Under the pieces are notes generated by a model. That model worked only from the letters and a program-made list of their open reading frames with translations, was not told the DNA's origin and did no database searches. From assembly GCF_009914755.1 (NCBI RefSeq), contig NC_060938.1: a DNA stretch of 64,000 nucleotides, one strand, 5' to 3'. Below, in pieces: positions 15,601 through 29,767 of the stretch (its first letter is position 1; each line of letters begins with the position of its first letter). The position numbers were made by a program, and so were the translations under genes. The DNA comes from the human T2T-CHM13v2.0 reference genome, Homo sapiens.

Positions 15601-18600
15601 CAAAAGAAAGTTTCAACTCTGTGAGATGAAAGCAAACATCACAAAGAAGTTTCTCAGAAAGTTTCTGTCTAGTTTTTATGTGAAGATATTTCCTATCGCC
15701 CCATAAGCCTCAATCGGCTTACAAATATCCTTCTGCAGATTATGAAAAACGACTGCTTCCTGACTGCTCAATCACAGGAAAGGTTCAACCCTGTGAAATG
15801 AATGCATCCATCACAAAGAAGTTTCTCAGAATGCTTCTGTCTAGTTTTTATGTGAAGATATTTCCTTTTCCACCATATTCCGCATGCGCTCCAAATATAC
15901 ACTTGCAGATTCTGCTAAAAGAGTCTTTCAAAACTGCTCAATCAAGAGAAAGGTTTAAATATGTGAGATGAATGCGTACATCACAAAAAGTTTCTACGAA
16001 TGCTTCTGTCTGATTTTTATGTGAAGATATTTGCTTTTTCACCATAGGCCCCAATACGCCCCAAATATCCATTTGCAGATACTACAAAAAGTCTGTTTCC
16101 AAACTACTCAATCAAAAGAAAGTTTCAACTCTGGGAGATGAAACAAACATCACAAAGAAGTTTCTCAGAAAGTTTCTGTCTAGTTTTAATGTGAAGATAT
16201 TTCATATTGCCCCATAGGCCTCAATCGACTCACAAGTATCCTTTTGCAGATTACACAAAACGACGGTTTCCAAACTGCTCAATCACAGGAAAGGTTCAAC
16301 CCTGTGAAATGAATGCACCCATCACAAAGAAGTTTCTCAGAATACTTCTTTCTAGTTTTTATGTGAAGAAGATTCCTTTTCCACCATAGTCCACATGCGC
16401 TCCAAATATACACTTGCAGATACTGCTATAAGACGGTTTCAAAACTGTTCAATCAAAAGAAAAGTTCAAATCTGTGAGATGAATGCACACGTCACAAAGA
16501 AGTTTCTACGAATGCTTCTGTCTGATTTTTATGTGAAGATATTTCTTTTTTCACCATAGGCCTCAATATGCTCCAAATATCCATTTGCAGATACTACAAA
16601 AAGACTGTTTCCAAACTACTCAATCAAAAGAATGTTCAACTCAGTGAGATGAATGCACACATCACAAAGAAGTTTCTCAGAAAGATTCTGTCTAGTTTTT
16701 ATGTGAAGATATTTCCTATTTCCACAGAGGACTCAATGGGCTCACAAATATTCCTTTGCATATTCTACAAAACGACTGTTCAAAGCTGCTCAATCAAAAG
16801 AATGGTTCAACACTGTGAGATGAATGCACACATTCCAAGGAAGTTTCTCAGAATTCTTCTGTCTAGTTTTTATGTGAACATATTTCCCTTTCCACTATAG
16901 GATGAAAAGCGCTCCAAATATCCACTTGCAGATCCTACAAAAAGAGTGTTTCCACACTGCTCAATCAAAAGAAAAGTTCAACTCTGTGAGATGAATGCAC
17001 ACAGTGCAAAGAAGTTTCTCAGAAAGCTTCTGCCTAGTTTTTATGGGAAGATATTTCATTTTTCAACATAGGCCAAAGGCACTCCAAATATCCATTTGCA
17101 GATTCTACAAAAAGACTGTTTCCAAACTGCTCAATCAAGAGAAAGTTTCAACACAGTGAGATGAAGTCACACATGACAAATAAGTTTCTCAGAGAGTATC
17201 TGTCTAGCTTTTATGTGAAGGTATTTTCTATTTCCCCAGAAGCCTCAATGGGCTTACAAACATCCCTTTGCAGATTCTACAAAACGACAGTTTCCAAACT
17301 AATCAATCAAAAGAATGGTTCAACTCTGTGAGATGAATGCACACATCACAAAGAAGTTTCTCAAAATGCTGCTGTCTAGTTTTTATGGGAAGATGTCCTT
17401 TTCCACCATAGGCCTCAAAGTGCTCCAAATATCAACTTGCAGATTCTACAAAAATACTGTTTCCAAACTGCTCAATAAAAAGAAAAGTTCAACTCTGTGA
17501 GATGAATGCACACATCACAAAAAGTTTCTCAGAATACTTCTGTCTAGTTTTTATCGGAAGATATGTCCTTTTCCACCAATGACCCCAAAGCGCTCCAAAT
17601 ATCAACTTGCAGATTCTACAAAAATACTGTTTCCAAACTGCTTAATAAAAAGAAAAGTTCAACTCTGTGAGATGAATGCACACATCACAAAAAGTTTCTC
17701 AGAATACTTCTGTCTAGTTTTTATAGGAAGATATGTCCTTTTCCACAAATGACCTCAAAGCGCTCCAAATATACACTTGCAGATTGTACAAAAAGAGTGT
17801 TTCAAAACTGCTCAATCAAAATAAAAGTTCAACTCTGTGAGATGAATGCACACATCACAAAGAAGTTTCTCAGAATGCTTCAGTCTACTTTTAATGTGAA
17901 GATATTTCCTTTTCCAACATATGCCTCAAAGCACTCCAATTACCATTTGCAGATACTACAAAAAGCCTGTTTCCAAACTGCTCAATAAAAAGAAAGGTTC
18001 AACTCTGTAAGATGAATGCACACATCACAAAGAAGTTTCTCAGAATGCTTCTGCCTAGTTTTTATGGGAAGATATTTCCTTTTTCACCAAAGGCCTCAAT
18101 GAGCTGCTAATATCCAATTGCAGATACTACAAAAAGACTGTTTCCAAACTGCTCAATTAAAAGAAAGTTTCAACTCTGTGAGATGAAAGCACACATCCCA
18201 AAGAAGTTTCTCAGAAAGTGTCTGTCTAGTTTTTATGCGAAGATATTTCCTATCGCCCCATAAGTCTCAATGGGCTCACAAATATCCCTCTGCAGATTCT
18301 ACAAAACGATGATTTTCAAACTGCTCAATCAAAGGAAAGGTTCAACTTTGTGAAATGAATGCACCCATGAGAAAGAAGTTTCTCAGAATGCTTGTGTCTA
18401 GTTTTTATGTGAAGATGTTTCCTTTTCCACCAGAGGCCTCAAAGTGCTTCAAATATACACTTGCAGATCTTTCAAAAAGAGTGTTTCAAAACTGCTCAAT
18501 CAAAAGAAAGGTTGAAGTCTGTGAGATGAATGTACACATCACAAAGAAGTTTATAAGAATGCTTCCATCTGATTTTTATATGAAGATATTTCCTTTTTCA

Positions 18601-21600
18601 CCATAGGCCTCATTACTCTCCAAATATCCATTTATAGATAATACAAATGACTGTTTCCAAACTGCTCAATCAAAAGAAAGTTCAACTGTGTGTGATAAAT
18701 GCACACATCACAAGGAAGTTGCTCAGATAGTTTTTGTCTAGTTTTTAGATGAAGATATTTCTTATTTCCCAAGAGGCCTCAATGGGCTCTCAAATATTCT
18801 CTTTCAGATTCTACTAAATGACTGTATCGAAGCTGCTCAATCAAAAGAAAGGTTCAACAGTGTGAGAAGAAAGCACACATTCCTAGGAAGTTTCTCAGAA
18901 TTCTTATTTCTAGTTTTTTATGTGAAGATATTTCCTTTTCCACTATAGGTCTCAAAGAGTTCCAAATATCCACTTGCAGATACTACAAAGAGAGTGTTTC
19001 AAAACTGCTCAATCAAAAGAAAGGTTCAACTTTGTGAGATGAATGCAGACATCACAAAGAAGTTTCTCAGAATCCTTCTGCCTTGTATTTATGGGAAGAT
19101 ATTTCCTTTTTCACCATAGGTCTCAAAGCACTGGTAATATCCATTTGCAGATACTACAAAAAGACTGTTCCCAAACTGCTCAATCAAAAGAAAGTTTCAA
19201 CTCTGTGAGATGAAAGCAAATATCACAAAGAAGTTTCTCATAAATTTTCTGTCTGGTTTTTATGTGAACATATTTCCTATCACCCCATAGGCCTCAATCG
19301 GCTCACAAATATCCTTCTGCAGATTATACAAAACGACTGTTTCCAAACCATTCAATCACAGGAAGGGTTCAACTCTGTGAAATGAATGCACCCATCACAG
19401 AAAAATTTCTCAGAATGCTTCTGTCTCGTTTTTATGTGAAGAAGATTCCTTTTCCACCATATTCCTCATGTGCTTCAAACATACATTGCAGATTCTGCTA
19501 AAAGAGTGTTTCAAAACTGCTCAATCAAAAGAAAAGTTCTAATCTGTGAGATGAATGCACACATCACAAAGAAGTTTCTATGAATGCTTCTGTCTGATTT
19601 ATATTGAAGATATTTCCTTTTTCACCGTAGGCCTCAGAGCGCTTAAAATATCCATTTGCAGATACTAGAAAAAGACTGTTTCCAAACTGCTCAATCAAAA
19701 TAAAGTTCAACTCAGTGAGATGAATGCACATATCACAAAGAAGTTTCTGAGAAAGATTCTGTCTAGTTTTTATTTGAAGATATTTCCTATTTCCCCAGAG
19801 GCATCAATGGGCTCACAAATATTCCTTTGCATATTCTACAAAATGACTGTTTAGAAGCTGCTCAATCAAGAAAAAAGTTCAACACTGTGAGATGAATGCA
19901 CACATTCAAAGGAAGTTTCTCAGAATTCTTCTGTCCAGTTTTTATGTGAAGATATTTCCTTTTTCACTATAGGCCACAAAGCACTCAAAATATCCACTTG
20001 CAGACTCTACAAAAAGAGTGTTTCCACACTGCTCAATCAAAAGAAAAGTTCAACTGTGTGAGATGAATGCACACATCACAAAGAAATTTCTCCAAAAGCT
20101 TCTGCCTAGTTTTTATGGAAAGATACTTCATTTTTCAACATAGGCCAAAAGTGCTCCAAATATTCATTTGCAGATTCTACAAAAAGACTGTTCCCAAACT
20201 GCTCAATCAAGAGAAAGTTTCAACCCGGTGAGTTGAAGTCACACATGACAAAATAGTTTCTCAGAAAGTATCTGTCTAGTTGTTATGTGAAGATATTTCC
20301 TATCTCCCCAGAAGCCTCAATGGGCTCACAAATATCCCTTTGCAGATTCTACAAAACGACAGTTTCAAAACTGCTGAATCAAAAGAAAGGTTCAACTCTG
20401 TGAGATGAATGCACAGATCACAAATAAGTTTCTCAGAATGCTGCTGTCTAGTTTTTATGGGAAGATGTGTCTTTTTCCACCATAGGCCTGAAAGTGCCCC
20501 AAATATCCACTTATAGATTGTACAAAAACACTGTTTCCAAACTGCTCAATCAAAAGAAAAGTTCAAATCTGTGAGATGAAAGCACACATCTGAAAGAAGT
20601 TTCTCAGAAAGTTTCTGTCTAATTTTTATGTGAAGATATTTCCTATCACCCCATACGTCTCAATGGGCTCAAAAATATCTCTCTGCAGATTCTACAAAAC
20701 GACTGTTTCCAAACTGTTCAATACAAGGAAAGGTTCAACTCCGTGAAATGAATACACCCACCAGGCAGAAGTTACTCAGAATGCTTCTGTCTAGTTTTTA
20801 TGTGACAATGTTTCCTTTTCTACCATAGGCCTCAAAGCTCTACAAATATCCACTTGAAGATACTGCAAAAAGTGTGTTTCAAAACTGCTCAATTAAAAGA
20901 ATGGTTCAACTTCGTGAGATGAATGCACACATCAGAAAGAAATTTCTCAGAATGCTTCTGTCTAGTTTTTATGTGAAGATATTTCCTTTTCCACCATAGG
21001 CCTCAAAGCGCTCCAAATATCCACTTGCACACTCTACGAAAGAGTTTTTCAAAACTTCTCAATCAAAAGAAAGTTTCAGCTCTGTGACATGAATGCACAC
21101 ATCACAAAGAAGTTTCCTAGAATGCTTCTGCCTAGTTTTTAGGGGAAGATATTTCCTTTTTCACCATAGGCCTCAAAGTGCTCTAAATATCCATTTGCAG
21201 GTGAGAAAAAGACGGTGTCCAAACTTCTCAATCAAAAGAAAATTTCAGCTCTGTGAGATGAATGCACATATCACAAAGAACTTTCTCAGAATGCTTCTTG
21301 CTTGTTTTTATGTGAAGATATTTCCTTTTCCAACACAGACATCTAAGCACTCCAAGTATCCAGTTGAAGATTCCACAAAAAGAGTGTTTCAAAACTGCTC
21401 AATCATAAGATAGGTTTAACTTGGTGAGATGAATGCACACATCGCAAAGAAGTTTTTCAGAATGCTTCTGTCTAGTTTTGCTGTGAAGATATTTCCTTTT
21501 CCACCAAAGGCCTCAAAGCACTCCAAGTATCCACTTACAGATTCTACAAAAAGAGTGTTTAAATACTTCTCAAAAAAGAAAGGTTCAGCTCAGTGAGATG

Positions 21601-22350
21601 AATGCATACATCACAAAGAACATTCTCAGAATGCTTCTGTCTAGCTTTTATGTGAAGATATTTCCTTTTCCATCATAGGCATCAAAGTGCTCCAAATATC
21701 CACTTGCAGATTCTACAAAAAGAGTGTGTTAAAACTGCTCAATCAAAAGAAAGTTTCAACACAGGGAGTTGAATGCACACATCACAAAGAAGTTACTCAG
21801 AATGCTTGTGTCTGATTTTTATGTGAAGATATTACCTTTTCCACCAAAGGCCTCAAAGTGCTCCAAATATCTCCTTGCAGATTCTACAAAAAGAGTGATT
21901 AAATACTTCTCAAAAAAGAAAGGTTCAACTCTGTGAGATGAATGCAGAAATCGAAGAGAATTCTCTCAGAATGCTTCTTTCTGGGTTTTATGTGAAGATA
22001 TTTCCTTTTCCTCTATAGGCCTCAAAACGCTACAAATATCCAGTTTCTGATACTACAAAAAGAGTTTGTTAAAACTACTCAATCAAAAGAAAAGTTCAAC
22101 ACAGGGAGTTGAATGCGCACATCACAAATAAGTTTCTCTGAATGCTTGTGTCTGATTTTTATGTGAAGATATTTCCTTTTCCACCATAGGCCTCAACGTT
22201 TTCTAATTATCCAGTTGCAGATTCTGAAAAAAGAGTGTTTCAAAACTGCTCAATCAAAAGAAAGTTTCAACTCTGTGAAATGAATGCACACATGACAAAG
22301 AAGTTCTTCAGAATGCTTCTGTCAAGTTTTTATGTGAATATATTTCCTTT
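9636..22350 (-). repeat. Alpha satellite array, reverse orientation (two layers, boundary ~14660)
   Basis: AACTGCTCAATCAAAAGAAAGGTTCAACTCTGTGAGATGAATGCACACATCACAAAGAAGTTTCTCAGAA recurs every ~171 bp. Confidence 0.98.
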
Positions 22351-23236
22351 ATATTTATTTATTTATTTATTTATTTTATTATTATTATACTTTAAGTTTT
22401 AGGGTACATGTGCACAATGTGCAGGTTAGTTACATATGTATACATGTACCACGCTGGTGTGCTGCACCCATTAACTCGTCATTTAGCATTAGGTATATCT
22501 CCTAATGCTATCCCTGCCCTCTCACCCCACCCCACAACAGTCCCCAGAGTATGACATTCCCCTTCCTGTGTCCATGTGTTCTCATTGTTCAATTCCCACT
22601 TATGAGTGAGAATATGCAGTGTTTGGTCTTTTGTTCTTGCGATAGTTTACTGAGAATGATGATTTCCAATTTCATCCATGTCCCTACAAAGAACATGAAC
22701 TCGTCATTTTTTATGGCTGCATAGTATTCCATGGTGTATACGTGCCATATTTTCTTAATCAACTCTATCATTGTTGGACATTTGGGTTGGTTCCAACTCT
22801 TTGCTATAGTGACTAGTGCCGCAATAAGCATACGTGCGCATGTGTCTTTATAGCAGCATGATTTATAGTCCTTTGGGTATATACCCAGCAATGGGATGGC
22901 TGGGTCAAATGGTATTTCTAGTTCTAGATCCCTGAGGAATCGCCACACTGACTTCTACAATGGTTGTACTAGTTTACAGTGCCACCCACTGTGTAAAAGT
23001 GTTCCTATTTCTCCACATCCTCTCCAGCACCTGTTGTTTCCTGACTTTTTAATGATTGCCATTCTAATTGGTGTGTGATGGTATCTCATTGTGGTTTTGA
23101 TTTGCATTTCTCTGATGGCCAGTGATGGTGGGCATTTTTTCATGTGTTTTTTGGCTGCATAAACATATTCTTTTGAGAAGTGTATGTTCATGTCCTTCGC
23201 CCACTTTTTGAAGGGGTTGTTTGTTTGTTTGTTTGT
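22351..23236 (-). mobile_element. LINE-1 (L1PA3-like), 5'-truncated, ~0.89 kb
   Basis: (TATT)n tail 22351-22385, 3'UTR and ORF2 C-terminus (WRFLRDLELEIPFDPAIPLLGIYP...LISGN*). Candidate TSD TTTCCTTT at 22343-22350 and 23237-23244; TTTTT/AA site at 23242-23248. Confidence 0.96.
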
Positions 23237-26200
23237 TTTCCTTTTTAAACGTATGCCTCAAAGCACTCCAAATATCCATTTGCAGTTACTACAGAAAGAC
23301 TGTTTTCAAACTGCTCAATCAAAAGAAAGGTTCAACTCTGTGAAATGAATGCACACATCAGAAGGGAGTTTCTCAGAATGCTTCTGTCTAGTTCTTATCT
23401 GAAGATATTTCCTATTTCCCCAGAGGCCTCAGTAGGCTGAAAAATATCCCTCTACAGATTCTACAAAACTACTGTTTCCAAACTGCTCAATCAATACAAA
23501 GGTTAAAGTCTGCGAAATTAATGGACACAAGACAAAGAAGTTTCTCAGAACGCTTCTGTATATTTTTAATGTGAAGATATTTCCTTTTTCACCATAGGTC
23601 CCAAAGCCCTCCAAATATCCACTTGCAGATTCTATAAAAAGACTGATTCCAAACTGCCCAATCAAAAGAAAGTTTCAACTCTGTGAGATGAAAGCAGATA
23701 TCACAAATAATTTTCTCAGAAATTTTCTGTTTAGTTTTTATGTGAAGATATTTCCTATTACCCCATAAGCCTCAATGGGAACAAAAATACCCCTTCATAG
23801 ATTCTACAAAACTGCTCAATCAAAAGAAAGTTAAACCCTGTGAGATGAATGCACATATCACAAAGAAGTTTCTCAGAATGCTTCTGTGAAGTTTCCATGT
23901 GAAGATATTACCTTTTCCAATATAGGAAACAAAACGCTCCAAATATCGACTTGCAGATTGTACAAAAAGAGTTTTTCAAAACTGCTCAATCAAAAGAAAA
24001 CTTCATCTCTGTGAGATGAGTGCGCACATCACAAAGAAGTTTCTCAGAATGCTTCTGTCTAGTTTTTATGTGAAGATATGTCCTTTTCCACCATAGGTCT
24101 CAAAGCAAACAAAATATCTGTTTGCAGATTCCAAAAAAGACTGTTTCCAAACTGCTCAATCAAAAGAAAAGTTCAACTCTGTGAGATGAATACACACATC
24201 GCAAAGAAGTTTCTCAGAAAGTGTCTCTCTAGTTTTTATATGAAGATATTTCCTAACACCCCATAGGCATCAATGGGTTCACAAATATCCCTCTGTAGAT
24301 TCTACAAAATGACAGTTGGCAAACTGCTCAATCAAAGGAATGGTTCAACTCTGTGAAATGAATGCACATAACACAAAGAAGTTTCTCAGAATGCTTCTCT
24401 CCTGTTTTAATGTGAAGATATTTCCTATTCCACCATAGGCCTCAAAGTGCTCCAAATATCCACTTGCAGATTCTACACAAAGAGTGTTTCAAAACTGCTC
24501 AATCAAAAGAAAGTTTCAAATCTGTGAGATTAATGCACACATCACAAAGCAGTTTCTAGGAATCCTTCTGTCTGGTTTTTATGTGAGGATACTTCCTTTT
24601 TCACCACAGGCCTCAAAGAGCTCCAAAAATCCATTTGCAGATACTACAAAAAGATTGTTTCCAAACTGCTCAATAAAGAGAAAGGTTCAAATTTGAGAGA
24701 TGAAACCACACACCACAAAGGTGTTTCTCAGAATTCTTCTTTGTGGTTTTTCTGTGAAGATATTTTCTTTTCCACCATAGGCCTCAAAGCGCAACAAATA
24801 TCCACTTGCTGATTCTATAAAAAGTGTTTCAACACTGCTCAATCAAAACAAGGGTTCAACTCTGTGAGATGAATGCACACATCACAAAGAAGTTTCTGAG
24901 AATGCTTCTGTCTAGTTTTTATGGGAAGATATTTCCTTTTCCACCATAGGCCTCAAAGCTCTCCAAATATCCATTTGCAGATACTACAAAAAGACTGTTC
25001 CCAAACTGCTCAATCAAGAGAAAGGTTCAACTCCATGAGTTGAATGCATACATCACAAAGAAGTTTCTCAGAAAGCTTCTGACTAGTTTTTATGTGAAGA
25101 TGTTTTCTTTTCCACCATAGGCCCCAAAGTGCTAAAAATATTCACTTGAAGATTCTACAAAAAGAGGGTTTCAAAACTGCTCAAACAAAAGAAAGGTTCA
25201 ACTCTGTGACATGAATGCACACATCACAAAGAAGTTTCTCAGAATGCTTCTGTCTAGTTTTATGTGGAGATATTTCCTTTTCTACTATAGGCCGCAAAGC
25301 ACTCCAAATATCAACTTGCAGATTCTGCAGAAAGAGTTTTTCAAAGCTGCTCAATCAAAAGAAAAGTTCAACTCTTTGAGATGAATGCCCGCACCATGAA
25401 AAAGTTCCTCAGAATGCTTCTGTCTATTTTTTATGTGAAGATATATCCTTTTCTACCAAAGACCGCAAAGTGCTCCAAATATCCCCTTGCAGTTTCTACT
25501 AAAAGAGTGTTTCCAAACTGCTCAATCAAAAGAAAGTTTCAACTCTGTGAGATGAATGCACACATCACTAACAAGTTTCTCAGTAATTTTCTGTCTAGTT
25601 TTTATTTGAAGATATTTCCTTTCCTACTATAGGCCTGAAAGTGCTCCAAATATCCATTTGCAGATACTGCAAAAAGACTGCTTCCAAACTGCTCAATCAA
25701 AGGAAAGGTCCAACTCTATGAGTTGAATGCACGCATCTCAAAGAGATTTCTCAGAATGGTTCTCTCTAGTTTTTATGTGAAGATATTTGCTTTTGCACCA
25801 GTGGCCTCAAACTCTCCAAATATCCACTTGCAGATTGTACAATAAGAGTGTTTCAAAACTGCTCAATCCAAAGAAAGGTTTAACTCTGTGAGATGAATGC
25901 ACACATCACAAACCACCTTCTCAGAATGCTTCTGTCTAGTTTTTATGTGAAGATATTTCGTTTTTCACCATAGGCCGCAAAGCGCTCCAAATATCCCCTT
26001 CAGATTCCACAGAAAGAATGTTTCAAAACTGTTCAATCAAAAGAAAGGTTCAACTCTGGTGATGAATGCACGCATCACAGAGCAGTTTCTCATAATATTT
26101 CTGTCTAGTTTTCATGTGTATATATTTCCTTTTCCACCACAGGCCCCAAAGCACTCCAAATATCCGTTTGCAGGTACTACTAAAAGACTGTTTCCAAACT

Positions 26201-29200
26201 GCTCAATCAAAAGAAAAGTTTAAATCTGTGAGTTGAATGAGCACATCACAAATAAGTTTCTCAGAATGCTTCTGTCTAGTTTTTATGTGAAGATATTTCC
26301 TTTTCCACCACAGGCCACAAAGCACTCCAAATATCCACTTGAAGATTCTACAAACAGAGTTCTTCAAAAATACTCAATCAAAAGAAAGGTTCAACTCTTT
26401 GAGATGGATGCACATATCACAAAGAAGCTTCTCAGAATGCTTCTGTCTACTTTTTATGTGAAGATATTTCCTTTTCCACCATAGGCCTCAAGTCTCTCCA
26501 AATATCTACTTTCAGAATCTCCAAAAAGAGTGTTTTAAAACTGCTGTATCAAAGAAAGTTTCACGTCTGTGATATGACTACACACAACACAGAGAAGTTT
26601 CTCAGAGTGCTTCTGTGTATTTTTTATGTGAAGATATTTCCTTTTCCACTATCGGCCACAGAGCGCTCCAAATATCCACTTGCAGAACCTACAAAAAGAG
26701 TGTTTCAAACCTGCTCAATCAAAAGAAAGATTTAACTCTATGAGATGAATGGACACATCACAAAGAAGTTTCTCAGTATGCTTTTGTCTAGTTTTTATGT
26801 GAAGATGTTTCCTTTTCCAATCCATGATGTAAAATGATCCAAATATCCACTGGTAGATATTACAAAAAGACTGCTTTCAAACTGCTCTATCAAAAGAAAG
26901 GTTCAAATCTGTGGGTTGAATGCACACATCACAAAGAATTTTCTCAGAATGCTTCTGTCTAGTTTTTATGTGAAGATATTTCCTTTTCCACCATAGGACT
27001 CAAAGTGCTCAAAATGTCCATTTGCAGATACTACAGAAAGATGCTTTCCAAGCAGCTCAATCAGAGGAAATGTTCAGCTCTTTGAATTAAATGCACATCA
27101 CAAAATAGTTTCCCTGAATGCTTCTGTCTTGTATATATGTGAAGATATTTCCTTTTCCAATATAGTCCACAAAGCGCTACAAATATCAACTTGCAGATTC
27201 TGCAAAAACAGTGTTTCCAAACTGTTCAATCAAAAGAAACTTTCAACTCTGTGAGTTGAATGCACACATCACAAAGAATTTTCTCAGAATGCTTCTTTCT
27301 AGTTTTCATATGACGATATTTCCTTTTCCACCACATGACTCAAATCGCTCCAAAAATACACAAGCAGATTCCATAAACAGAGTATTTCAAAACTGCTGAA
27401 TCAAAAGAAAGTTTCAGCTCTGTGAGATGAATGCACACATCACAAAGAAGATTCTCAGAATGCTTCTGTCTAGTTTTCATGTGAAGATAATTCCTTTTCC
27501 ACATTAGGCCTCAAATCTCTTCAAATATCCCTTGCAGATTCTACAAAAATAGTGTTTCAAAACTGCTCAATCGAAAGAAAGGTTGAAGTCTGTGAGATGA
27601 ATGCACATCTCATAAACAAGTTTCTCAAAGTGCTTCTGTCTAGTTTTTATTTGAAGATATATCCTTTTCCACAATAGGCCACAAAGCACTCCAAATATCC
27701 ACTTGCAGATTCTTCAAAAAGAGTGTTTCAAAACTGCTCAATCAAAACAAAGGTTCAACTGTGTTAGTTGAATGCACACATCACAAAGAAGCTTCTCAGA
27801 ATGCTCTGTCTAGTTTTTATGTGAAGATATTTCCTTTTCCACCGTAGGCCCCAAAGCATTCCAAATATCCACTGGTAGATTCTACAAATGTGCGTTTCAA
27901 AACTGCTTAATCAAAAGAAAGGTTCAAACCTGTGAGATGAATACACACATCACAAAGCAGTTTCTCAGAATGCTTCTGTCTAGTTTTGATGCGAAGATAT
28001 TTCCTTTAACACCATAGAACTGGAAGCGCTGCAAATATCCACTTGCAGATTCTACAAAAAGAGTGTTTCAAAACTGCTGAATCAAAAGAAAAGTTCAACT
28101 CTGTGAGAAGAATGCACACATCACAAAGAAGTTTCGCAGAATATTTCTGTCTAGTTTTTATGTGAAGATATTTCCTTTTCCCCTCGAGGCTAGAAAGCAC
28201 TTCAAATATCCAATTGCAGATTCTACAAAAGAGTGTTTCAAAACTGCTCAATCAAAGGAAAGGTCCAATTCGGTGAGCTGAATGTGCACATCAGAAGGAA
28301 GTTTCTCAGAATACCTCTGTGCAGTTTTTATGTGAAGATATTTACTTTTCCACCATAAGCCCCAAGGCTCTCCAAATATCCACTTGCAGATTCAACAAAA
28401 AGTGTGCTTCAAAACTGCTCAATCAAAAGAAAGTTTCAACTCTGTGAGAGGAATGCTCACATCACAAACAGGTTTCTCAGAATGCTTCTCTCTTGTTTCT
28501 TTGTGAAAATACTTCCTTTTCCACTAGAGGAAGCAAAGCGCTCCAAATATCCACTTGCAGATTTTACAAAAGGGTGTTTCTAAAGTGCTAAATCAAAAGA
28601 AAGTTTCAAGTCTGTGAGATGAATGCACATATCCCAAAGAAGTTTCTCAGAATGCTTCTGTCTAGTTTTCATTTGAAGATATAAAATTTTCCACTATAGG
28701 CCATAAAGCGCTTCAAATATCCACTTGCATATTCTTCAAAAAGAGTGTTTCAAAACTGCTGAATCAAAATAAAGTTTCAACTCTGTGAGGTGATTGCACA
28801 CATCATAAAGAAGTTTCTCAGAATGCTTCTGTGTAGCTTTTATGTGAAGGTATTTCCTTTTCCACCATAGGCCTTAAAGCGTTCCATATATCCACCTGCA
28901 GATTCTACAAAAAGAGTGTTTCAAAACTATTTAATCAAAAGAAAGGTTCAACCCAGTGAGGTGAATGTACTCGTCATGGAGAAGATTCCAAGAATGCTTC
29001 TGTCTAGTTTATATGTGAACATATTTCCTTTTCCACTATAGGAGGCAAAGCGTTCCAAATATCCAATTGCGGATTCCACAAAAAGTGTTTCAAAACTGCT
29101 CAATGAAAAGAAATGTTGAATTCTGTGAGATAAACGCACACATCATAAAGGAGTGTCTAAGAATGCTTCTGTCTGGTTTTTATGTGAAGATATTTCCTTT

Positions 29201-29767
29201 TCCACTATAGGCCTTAAAGCGCTCCAAATATACATTTGCAGATGCTACAAAAAGAATGTTTCCAAACTCCTCAAAGATATGTTCAACTTTTTGAGTTGAA
29301 TGCACACATCACATAGTAGTTTCTCAGATTGCTTCCGTCCAGATTTTATTTGAAGATATTTCCTTTACCAACATAGGCCTCAGAACTCTCCAAATATCGA
29401 ATTGCAGATTCTACAAAAACAGTGTTTGAATACTGCTCAAACAAAAGAAAGGTTCAACCCTGTGAGATGAATGCACACTTGCAAAGATGTTTCTCAGAAT
29501 GCTTCTGTGTTGTTTTAATTTGAAGATATTTCCTTTACCATCATAGGCCTCAAAGCACTCCAAATATCCACTTACAGATTCTACAAAAAGAGTGTTTCAA
29601 ACCTGCTCAATCAAAAGAAAGGTTCAACTCTTAGTGATGAATGCACACATCACAAAGTAGTTTTTCAGAATGCCTCTGTCTAGTTTTTATGTGAATATGC
29701 ATCCTTTTCCACTATAGGCCACAAAGTGCTCCAAACACCCCCTTGCAGATTCTACAAAAAGAGTGTT
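23237..29767 (-). repeat. Alpha satellite array, reverse orientation
   Basis: ~171-bp monomers, CTTCTGTCTAG / ATATCCACTTGCAG type. Confidence 0.98.
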
